DNA of 63,964 bases, counting the filler, from Salisapilia sapeloensis CBS 127946 (lineage: Eukaryota > Protista > Oomycota): NCBI GenBank assembly GCA_023334545.1. It is 8 parts of 8 records of this genome, joined end to end, with 100 filler letters (N's around TTAATTAATTAA, not from the genome) between each part and the next. Parts side by side here need not be neighbours in the genome. Positions count along the whole stretch, not along the records: positions 1 to 26,763 come from JAADVB010000241.1; positions 26,864 to 45,880 come from JAADVB010000315.1; 6 more parts are not named here. One strand, written 5' to 3'. A model generated the notes under the pieces. The model had not been told where the DNA came from, did not search any database, and saw only the letters and a program-made list of their open reading frames with translations. The first letter of the stretch is position 1. Each line of letters starts with the position of its first letter. This document shows positions 21,029-29,185 of this stretch, one piece after another. A program made the position numbers and the translations under genes.

Positions 21029-24000
21029 ATGTTCGCATTACGTGGGACTCGGTCGATCGCCAAGAGAGCACTAGCACGTCAGAGCACGGTGAGAATGAAA
21101 TCCTTTCCGTCCGCCGCTTTACTTCCAAAGGAAGAGACTTTAGCCGCAGCACTTGTGGGCAAGTACCCGGAATGCGATGGACGCAATACGGTCGTCGCTA
21201 TCTTCGACACGGGCGTCGACCCCGGTGCGATTGGTCTCCAGAAGACGCTGGATGGGAAGCCCAAGGTGCTGGATGTCATCGACGCAACGGGTGCCGGAGA
21301 CGTCGACATGACTACCAAGCTCCAGCTGCAATCGGATGGCTGTCTCCACTGGGGCGACAAGAAGCTCAAGCTGAACTCGGAGTGGCCTGCAAGTGCCGAC
21401 GGGGACTATCGCGTTGGGTACTTGATCGGCTACGATGTCTTTCCCGGTCCACTCGTCACTCGTATGAAGGAAGAGCGTCGAGAGGACTTTGACAAGTACC
21501 AGCGGGAGGCTGTGAACGCCGTGCAGTCGCAATTGGCGGCGTGGCGTGAAAAGCACTCGGAGACGACAAGTGACAAGACTGCTCGTCAGGAGAAGAAGGA
21601 CTTGGAAGCGCGACGGAGTCAGTTGGAGGATCTAAGTAAGAACTACGAGGACCCTGGTCCGATCTTTAACTGTGTCGTCTTCCACGACGGCTCCGACTGG
21701 CGTGCTGCCGTCAGTTCGAATGAAGATGGAGACTTTACCGGTGTCAAGGCTCTCCGAGAGTTCCACCTCGACCACGAGTACGGCACTTTTTCCCACAAGT
21801 CGCAGCTCAACTACGGTGTCCACGTGTACGACAATGGAGACACGCTGAGTCTCGTCTGTGACTCTGGTTCCCACGGCACGCACGTCGCGGGTATCGTCGC
21901 GGCGAACCATCCGGACGAACCGGAGTGCAACGGCGTCGCGCCTGGCGCGCAGCTCGTGAGCGTCAAGATCGGCGACGCGCGTGTCGGTGGCAGTATGGAG
22001 ACGACACCGGCGTTAAGTCGCGCCATCCTCGCGGCGATTAAGCACAAGGTGGACGTCGTAAACATGAGCTTTGGCGAGTACGCGACGGAGCATGACAAAG
22101 GTCGCTTCGTATCGCTCGCGAAAGAGCTCGTGGATGAGCACAACATCCTCTTTGCTGTAAGTGCTGGGAACAACGGTCCGGCGCTCGGGACGGTGGGTGC
22201 GCCTGGTGGCACAACGGGCTGCATCCTCGGCGTCGGCGCGTACGTATCTCCGGACATGATGGACACCGAGTACAGTATGCGTCGGAACGATCTGTCAGGT
22301 ATCGCGTATACCTGGTCGTCTCGTGGTCCGACGTTTGACGGCGACGTCGGTGTGGACATCTGTGCGCCAGGCGCTGCGATCACGTGCGTCCCGAACTGGA
22401 CACTGAACAAGAAGCAGCTGATGAACGGCACGTCCATGTCGTCTCCGAATTGCGCCGGGAACGTCGCGCTACTCATCAGTGCGCTCAAGCACCACTCGAT
22501 TGCATACTCTCCGCACTCGATCCGTCGCGCACTGCAGCACACTGCCGTCCAAGTGCCCAACGTCGAGGCGTTTGCACAAGGCAAAGGACTCGTGCAAGTC
22601 CTTCCAGCGTTTGAACACATGCAAAAAGAAGGGAATAAGCATGATGGTACACGCGAGTACCCTCTTTCTTACGACATCAATACGTCCTGCCCAGTACCTG
22701 CAGGTAGCAAAGCGCGAGGCATTTTCCTTCGAGATGCAAAGGACTTTGAGCATGACAGTGCCGAAGTGACTGTCACGGTGTCTCCATCCTTCCATAAGCA
22801 TGCAGACCCGAGTGATAAGGTCAAGTTCGAAAGACACTTGCGTCTGTCATCGTCTGCGAGGTGGATTGACGTCGGAGAGCACTTGGCACTCATGCAAGGC
22901 CCGAGGGCATTCAAGGTGCTCGTGGACACCAAGCACTTGGCGCCTGGAGAGCACTATGAAGAGATTCGTGCGGTGGATGCGGACCATCCAGAAGGTGGAG
23001 ACGTCTTTTTCATCCCCGTGACAGTGATTAAGCCAGAGCCAGAGGCGGCTGTCACGAGCTACAAGAAGACGTTGGCGCCAGGAGAGATCTACCGGCGATT
23101 CCTGACGCCTCCTCAAGGCGCGACGTGGTGTGACGTGACGATCCGTCGTGCGTCTGGAGACGATGTGGAGAAGGAGGTGGAGTCGAACTCTGGCGGGAAG
23201 CTCTTGATGTTCGATACGATGCAGTTCCAGCCATTTGTTCGCCAGAGCAATTCCGCTTGTACGAAAGCCTTCTTCCTTCGTCCAGGAGAAGACATGTCGT
23301 TTAGTTTCGATCTCCTAGGTGGTCTCACGACCGAGTTTTGTCTAGCACAGTTCTGGAGTTCGTTAGGTGATTCACTTATTCATGTCGACATTCGTTTCCA
23401 TGGTATCGTCCCGGATCAAGCCCAGGTCGGGATCGTCGGAGGCGTTGAGTCTCATAAAGTCTTAGTTGCATCGACTGTCAGTCAGGAGAAGTTGGCTCCT
23501 AGCGTCAGCTTCAATAAGCTCGTTCGTCGTCTACGTCCTTCGAACGCAGATATCTCTCCGCTTTCCTCCGACCGAGATGCGTATCCGGATCAAAGACAAG
23601 TGTACCAGCTCTGTCTCACGTACGAGTTCTCGTTGAAGGAAGATGGCAAGGTGACGCCTCGTCTACCGCTTCTGAACGGTCAGCTCTACGAAAGTCCGTT
23701 CGAAGGCCAATTGTCCTTGATCTTTGACGACAAGAAGCAGTACGTTGGTGCGGCAGAAGCTCTACCGGAGCCGACGTCGCTCAAGAAAGGAGCGTACGTG
23801 ATCAAGAGTCAAGTGCGTCATGAAGACGTTGGCAAGTTGGAGAAACTCAAGCAAATGGTCTTGGTGTTGGAGCAAGAGGTCAAGGACATCTCTGCCAGTG
23901 TCTATGCGAATCAGAACGACGTGGCGCTTGGTGGCAAGGCGATGACGTCAGCGGAGCTCCCGGTCGGCAAGTACGTCGCTGCGTTCATTGGCGAACCGGC

Positions 24001-24856
24001 GAGTGACTCGATCCCGTCGGCGGCATCTCCTGGAGACGTCCTGCAAGGCAAACTCTTCTTTGGGAAGAAGAAAGCAGGAGAGCAAGGTAGTGGACGTCGA
24101 CCGGGAGGCTTTGACGTGACGTATGTCATCCCTCCGGCAGCAGAGAAGAAGGAGACCAAGCCAGATGAGCCAAAGGACGAGCGGGATGAAGCGACAAAGG
24201 CAGAGGAAGCTGTGCGTGACCTCCTACTCGAACGTTTGAATAAATTGGCAGGCACCAAAGACTTTGACGATGCGTATGCCAAGCTGTCGGGACAGCATCC
24301 GACGCACTTGCCACTACTGCAAGCCAAGGTGCACCATCTAGACAACGCGACGGATCGGGAGACGAAGCTCTCGGACGTTGTGTCTGCGGCGGAGGAGACA
24401 CTCAAGCTGATTGATCAGAACGAATTGGCGCAGTTCTTTGGTACGCGCAGTGAGGACGATGCGGAGGATAAGAAGCAGCGAAAGGAGAAGGAGGAAGCGA
24501 AAGAGATTCTCATGGATACGCTAGCGCGTAAGGCACGAGCAGAGGGGGATGCAGGAGAGTGGGAGAAGTTTGAGCAGACGTACACAACGCTAAAGAAGTG
24601 GGCGGATGTGGAGGACTCAGCGTACTTGTTCGTCGGATTGTTGCATGACCGGCATCAGGATGCGCATGGTCTGGCGGTGGAACGAGTGCGGAAGGTGATG
24701 CAGTTGGATTCGGCTGACAGAGCCAAGGTCGCTTCGGACGAGACGTTGAGTAAGGAGTTGGAGAAGAGTCTCGAGGATCTCCAGTGGAGCCACTGGAAGC
24801 AGTATGAGGCGACGTGGAGCCGTCGTCGTCTCCCGCCTTCGTACCGTCGATTCTAG
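21029..24856 (+). CDS. TPP2: Tripeptidyl peptidase II (subtilase S8)
   Basis: 1275-aa ORF starting LLPKEET, with catalytic D (FDTGVDP), H (SHGTHVAGI), oxyanion N (SAGNNGP), S (NGTSMSSP) and the TPPII C-terminal domain. Confidence 0.96.
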   Translation: MFALRGTRSIAKRALARQSTVRMKSFPSAALLPKEETLAAALVGKYPECDGRNTVVAIFDTGVDPGAIGLQKTLDGKPKVLDVIDATGAGDVDMTTKLQLQSDGCLHWGDKKLKLNSEWPASADGDYRVGYLIGYDVFPGPLVTRMKEERREDFDKYQREAVNAVQSQLAAWREKHSETTSDKTARQEKKDLEARRSQLEDLSKNYEDPGPIFNCVVFHDGSDWRAAVSSNEDGDFTGVKALREFHLDHEYGTFSHKSQLNYGVHVYDNGDTLSLVCDSGSHGTHVAGIVAANHPDEPECNGVAPGAQLVSVKIGDARVGGSMETTPALSRAILAAIKHKVDVVNMSFGEYATEHDKGRFVSLAKELVDEHNILFAVSAGNNGPALGTVGAPGGTTGCILGVGAYVSPDMMDTEYSMRRNDLSGIAYTWSSRGPTFDGDVGVDICAPGAAITCVPNWTLNKKQLMNGTSMSSPNCAGNVALLISALKHHSIAYSPHSIRRALQHTAVQVPNVEAFAQGKGLVQVLPAFEHMQKEGNKHDGTREYPLSYDINTSCPVPAGSKARGIFLRDAKDFEHDSAEVTVTVSPSFHKHADPSDKVKFERHLRLSSSARWIDVGEHLALMQGPRAFKVLVDTKHLAPGEHYEEIRAVDADHPEGGDVFFIPVTVIKPEPEAAVTSYKKTLAPGEIYRRFLTPPQGATWCDVTIRRASGDDVEKEVESNSGGKLLMFDTMQFQPFVRQSNSACTKAFFLRPGEDMSFSFDLLGGLTTEFCLAQFWSSLGDSLIHVDIRFHGIVPDQAQVGIVGGVESHKVLVASTVSQEKLAPSVSFNKLVRRLRPSNADISPLSSDRDAYPDQRQVYQLCLTYEFSLKEDGKVTPRLPLLNGQLYESPFEGQLSLIFDDKKQYVGAAEALPEPTSLKKGAYVIKSQVRHEDVGKLEKLKQMVLVLEQEVKDISASVYANQNDVALGGKAMTSAELPVGKYVAAFIGEPASDSIPSAASPGDVLQGKLFFGKKKAGEQGSGRRPGGFDVTYVIPPAAEKKETKPDEPKDERDEATKAEEAVRDLLLERLNKLAGTKDFDDAYAKLSGQHPTHLPLLQAKVHHLDNATDRETKLSDVVSAAEETLKLIDQNELAQFFGTRSEDDAEDKKQRKEKEEAKEILMDTLARKARAEGDAGEWEKFEQTYTTLKKWADVEDSAYLFVGLLHDRHQDAHGLAVERVRKVMQLDSADRAKVASDETLSKELEKSLEDLQWSHWKQYEATWSRRRLPPSYRRF

Positions 24857-25016
24857 ACTCGTAAGAAGCGTAAGGGGTAGCGCAATACACAGTGTTATCG
24901 AAAGCTATTCGAATACTTGCTTTTGATTGTTTCTCTCGGTAGCTAGTGAAACGGTAGTAGCCGTTACGTCAAGCTCGTCAACGTCCTGACACGGTTTTCG
25001 ACATAAACGGTTGAGC

Positions 25017-25964
25017 ATGGTCAAGCGCAGTGGGGGTGGTAAGGTTGACAAGGCACACAAGGTGCAGAAAGTGGATGCTTTGAATACTCAGTGGACGGGA
25101 GAAGATAATCGGAGGTTTGTACGTGCTTTGGAAGCGTATGGGACGCATGCACCTCCTTTTGGGGCACAAGACGCTTGGAAAGGGATTGCTGATGCTGTGG
25201 GGACCAAGAGTGTGGAAACAGTGCAGCGTCATGCACAGCAACATCTCCTGCAACTTCAGTTGCTGAATAGTACCAAGGAGGAAGAGTATGAGCAGATGAG
25301 AAGGATGGATGCTGCGTGGACGATGGAAGAGGACAGAGCGTTTGAAGCGCTCTTGGCAGAGTACAGTTCTGCTGTTTGTTACCCATGGGCGGATATCTCG
25401 AGACAACTACCTGGTAAGTCACAACGAGCCGTCCAAGGCCGGTACCAGAAGCTTTGCTTTGATATCGCACGCATCGAAACGGGGCAGCAGGTTACTATGC
25501 TACAGGCTCGAACTCCGACGCCAATGACTGCTTCTGAAGAAACGTTGTGCGAAGATATTGACGGCAGTGGAGACCACATACAAGACTGCATCGTGACGCT
25601 GACGCCGACAGAAGAAGAGTTACTAGTGGAAGCGCTAGAAGAGGCACATGTCTTGCCATGTGCGCCGGCAGGCGTACTCAATAGCGTCGCATCGGCAGTA
25701 GCGGCCTTTGCGAATTCAAACGGCAAAGTGCCACCGCAACGAGCGGTACCAAGGTTTTCCAAGCAGGATGCTACGATTGCACTCAACCAACTTATGCAGG
25801 CAAAGATGAAGACGCCTCGTGCTGCACTCGAAGAACTCGTACAGCAGCTTAGTTTACAGCCGACGGAAAATATGGATTCGTTTACCAAAGACAATGTGAT
25901 GAGAGAAACAAGTGCATCATCTGTTGTACCTGGACAGACAGAGGATAACCAGGCAAACAATTAA
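25017..25964 (+). CDS. Two-repeat Myb/SANT protein
   Basis: Repeat 1: WTGEDNRRFVRALEAYG..AWKGIADAVGTKSVETVQRHAQQH. Repeat 2: WTMEEDRAFEALLAEY..PWADISRQLPGKS..RYQKLCFDIARIETG. Confidence 0.88.
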   Translation: MVKRSGGGKVDKAHKVQKVDALNTQWTGEDNRRFVRALEAYGTHAPPFGAQDAWKGIADAVGTKSVETVQRHAQQHLLQLQLLNSTKEEEYEQMRRMDAAWTMEEDRAFEALLAEYSSAVCYPWADISRQLPGKSQRAVQGRYQKLCFDIARIETGQQVTMLQARTPTPMTASEETLCEDIDGSGDHIQDCIVTLTPTEEELLVEALEEAHVLPCAPAGVLNSVASAVAAFANSNGKVPPQRAVPRFSKQDATIALNQLMQAKMKTPRAALEELVQQLSLQPTENMDSFTKDNVMRETSASSVVPGQTEDNQANN

Positions 25965-26379
25965 ACTGTGCAAACCTTTTAAATAAACAGACGCGTCCTC
26001 GTGACTGCCTAAATATAAATTACGGCGGAGATGGATTAATCGAAATGGTATTTGTTTCTTTCTGAAGTAAGTGTATGGGTAATGGAGTTGGATGAGAGAC
26101 TAAGCTTTGCAATCAAAGTCATGATAAGTCTTGATAAGCGCCAGTTGCCGTCCATTCGGTTGGCATTGATGACGGAGACGTAAATTAATTTGATATTGCT
26201 AGGTGGATGGAATATCAATAGTACATGCAAAATGGGTGGCCAAGACAAGAATAGAACGACCCGAATGCAAGAGCGAAGAGTATCAACATTTTAATCAGCT
26301 TTATGGCAACTTTCTAGGTTCCACTCATAGGTGGGGATAATAGACCTATAGCACTCAACCTAAGTCTGAGCAACTCAAA

Positions 26380-26763
26380 GTTTCCCTGTGCCATATCGAT
26401 ACGCTAATTGAGAATTAAAACGGGGAAATGATCATAGAGCTTTGGTACGAAATAGCGCTACGGTTAATGAACTATCGGCCTACATAGCTCAAGACACTAA
26501 AAGTTTAGAGCATTAATACAGCAACAATCTACATGTTCAAGCCCAACTTGTATGTTGATACTCAGTTCCATTGGAGGTCGGGCTTAGAACCTTCACGCTT
26601 GGTTGTAAGCAGCAGAAAGCATGGATGTTTGTATTTTCGACTCCATCCATAATGGTACCATTGTTTATTGATGATGGTCTCCCTAAAGTTACTTGGCCGA
26701 GCTGTACCCATGGCATCAGTGAATCTTGACACATAGGTATCCCACATCATACAGCTCTCCAAA
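26380..26763 (-). mobile_element. Possible decayed LINE endonuclease remnant
   Basis: Minus-strand fragments across stops and frameshifts read HTSW..(RL).. and (Y)DHFPVL, resembling the end of an AP-endonuclease domain. Weak. Confidence 0.25.
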
Positions 26764-26863
26764 NNNNNNNNNNNNNNNNNNNNNNNNNNNNNNNNNNNNN
26801 NNNNNNNTTAATTAATTAANNNNNNNNNNNNNNNNNNNNNNNNNNNNNNNNNNNNNNNNNNNN
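26764..26863. other. Artificial contig spacer (44N + TTAATTAATTAA + 44N)
   Basis: The same 100-bp spacer occurs at 45881-45980, 47736-47835, 51891-51990, 57493-57592, 59987-60086 and 62796-62895. The 12-mer puts stop codons in all six frames. Confidence 0.97.
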
Positions 26864-27004
26864 AACTTTGACAAGATGCAGGAGATGGTGTTGCAGAACG
26901 TATCGACGGAGGAGGACTTGAAGCGGCTCTTTGCCAACCTCCAGAACGCCATCAAGACGAACTCTCCGTCGCGGTCGAGTGGAGATGTGCAGGACGCGTA
27001 CTAG
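26864..27004 (+). CDS. C-terminal fragment of an unknown gene truncated by the spacer
   Basis: Open frame NFDKMQEMVLQNVSTEEDLKRLFANLQNAIKTNSPSRSSGDVQDAY* with GC-rich third positions, like the genuine genes here. Confidence 0.55.
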   Translation, partial: NFDKMQEMVLQNVSTEEDLKRLFANLQNAIKTNSPSRSSGDVQDAY

Positions 27005-27367
27005 TTGTATTTTAAAGGGGCCCGCCTCGGCGGAAGACGTGTATCAAGTACAAATAGGTGCTATTTAGCTCAAGCAAAACATAAATACATGATCGTAATT
27101 ATTATCATCAACCGAGGTGGCTTTGTCGATTTTATTGAAGTATGTTTCTTGAGTATCGTGGTGTTTTTACTGCGTGAACGGTACCGTTGGATGGTCGTAA
27201 GAAGGTTGTTGAGTAATGTCGGAGTATGATCGGAAGAGCCTGACCTGATCGAATGACTGCATAAGGTCAGACAGGATCGTCTGGAATGATCTTGAAGTGG
27301 TGGAGAGACAAATGTGTGGTCCACATAATAACACAACGAACCGCGCACACAACCAAGCGATTGCGTC

Positions 27368-29080
27368 ATGAAGAGTGGATTTCTCCCATCAAAAGCTAAT
27401 ACCGCAACTCGTGGCCCATCAAATCCTCTAGAGAGTATCCCATCGTGTACCAGGAATCCTACATATGCTCTAGTGGATGACAATCTGCAGGATAAGCTTC
27501 CTTCGTGCTGCAGACAACAGTTATGCGAGTCGAGTTCATCAATCCAGAGTACTTGGGTTCTGCCACTACAGAGTCTGCACGCCGACAAAGATTCCAAGCT
27601 CACGAAGATTGAGTTTAGATGCATGAAAAAGCGAGCATCAGAAGTACATTCGAAATGGGTTCCAATGGACTCAATTACGGTGGCATCTACAGTAGAAGAC
27701 GTTCCACGTGCACTCAGTTTACCACCTGCACACTCCCATTCAAATGCACCACATACGTTTGAAGTTCAGAACCCCCATGTGTCTTTACTCTGTGCTGATC
27801 ATGAAATTGGTCGGTTTTTGACAGTCCGAGATGAGTGCGCACCCGGCACTCGTGTCCTCGAAGCTACTGCCTTTGCAGTTACTCTACATGACAAGTGCGT
27901 ACAGACTCTTTGCCATTGGTGCTTTACAGATCTAGAGAGAAAAGCTTTCCAGTGTGGATCATGTCAGTTTGCTCGATACTGTAGTCGTAAGTGCATGGAC
28001 AATGACACTGCCCTCCACGACTTTCAATGTGGCTCACTGCGTCGCATCCAAAAGTTCGACCAGATGCGCTCTCAGCATAGCTCTGGTAAACTGCACAGCT
28101 CCCGCGAAAGCATCGGGAGACAACGACCTACATCAGCAGTGGACAGCGAAACGATTCGATTGACACTGGCTGTTTTAAGCATGGAGAGCTTTATTGACTC
28201 TGCGAATGCACTCCAGGGTCTTCAGCTGCCATCCCAATGCTTGTCATCGAAAGAAGAGTCCGACCTGGCAGCTGCGGCAAAGTTCATCCACGCCTCTTTG
28301 TTGGAGGAAGAGATCATTGTACCTGTGGATCACATTCGTGCAATACTTCGCAAGGTACAAACGAATGCGCACACTTTAAATGCAGATGGACTTCGCGAAA
28401 TCGGCATTGGAATATTTCCAGAGGCAGCGATGACAGTCAATCACTCATGCTGCCCTAATGTCCTCCCCACTTTTGACCCAAATTCCCGAACTCTTAGTTT
28501 CCAGGCGCTAAAGACGCTTGGCAAAGGAGAAGTGGTCGAGATGTCGTACATTGAAGTGTTTAGCGACGTTTCCAAGCGCAAGGAGCTGCTGCTAAATGCG
28601 TTCGGATTCAAGTGTTGTTGCAGCCGCTGCTGTCGAGACTTGAGGAAAGAGCAGCTGCCGGCGGAGGAAACGGAGAGAGTGCTGAGCAGTCTTCAGCACC
28701 TTTTGACGCCATCCTCCAAGCTATTACCGACCGTCCTTCGTGAAATGAGTCAGCACAAGGAGCAGGAAGCTTCTGTGTATACAAAATCGTCAGAGCTTCG
28801 TTTTTTGTTCTACCTGGGCAAGATGCAGCTACTAATCAATGGAAAGATGCGTACGAGTAGACAGGAAGAAGAGCTCATTTCTACGATCCAGACACTCCTT
28901 CGTCTGTGGAAAGAGGAAGCTCTACCTCCGATCCACTCGACGCCTCTGCTCTTGCTAAAGCACTTAGAGAAGATTCTTCGAGACCAACGACGCTTGTCTG
29001 AAGCGGACGAAGCGTACGACCGGGCCGACATGATTTATCGCACCTGCGGCTTCCCTCTCGGCCTCCCCGTGCGTACATAA
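27368..29080 (+). CDS. SET and MYND domain protein (SMYD family)
   Basis: Split SET domain with MYND CHWCF..CGSCQFARYCSRKC..HDFQC, GIGIFPEAAMTVNHSCCPN, SYIE and post-SET FKCCCSRC. Confidence 0.9.
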   Translation: MKSGFLPSKANTATRGPSNPLESIPSCTRNPTYALVDDNLQDKLPSCCRQQLCESSSSIQSTWVLPLQSLHADKDSKLTKIEFRCMKKRASEVHSKWVPMDSITVASTVEDVPRALSLPPAHSHSNAPHTFEVQNPHVSLLCADHEIGRFLTVRDECAPGTRVLEATAFAVTLHDKCVQTLCHWCFTDLERKAFQCGSCQFARYCSRKCMDNDTALHDFQCGSLRRIQKFDQMRSQHSSGKLHSSRESIGRQRPTSAVDSETIRLTLAVLSMESFIDSANALQGLQLPSQCLSSKEESDLAAAAKFIHASLLEEEIIVPVDHIRAILRKVQTNAHTLNADGLREIGIGIFPEAAMTVNHSCCPNVLPTFDPNSRTLSFQALKTLGKGEVVEMSYIEVFSDVSKRKELLLNAFGFKCCCSRCCRDLRKEQLPAEETERVLSSLQHLLTPSSKLLPTVLREMSQHKEQEASVYTKSSELRFLFYLGKMQLLINGKMRTSRQEEELISTIQTLLRLWKEEALPPIHSTPLLLLKHLEKILRDQRRLSEADEAYDRADMIYRTCGFPLGLPVRT

Positions 29081-29185
29081 CCAAAGATGAATTTATACGA
29101 AAACTAGTCGTTTCCATTCTTAAAGCCTACGAAATAACGCTACGTAAAAAGCACAGTGAGCGATCCACTCATTCATACAATACGC

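Noticed and set aside
26808-26819. TTAATTAATTAA palindrome repeated seven times, resembling a regulatory or recombination site
   Set aside because: Always centred in exactly 88 N, so it is an assembly linker.
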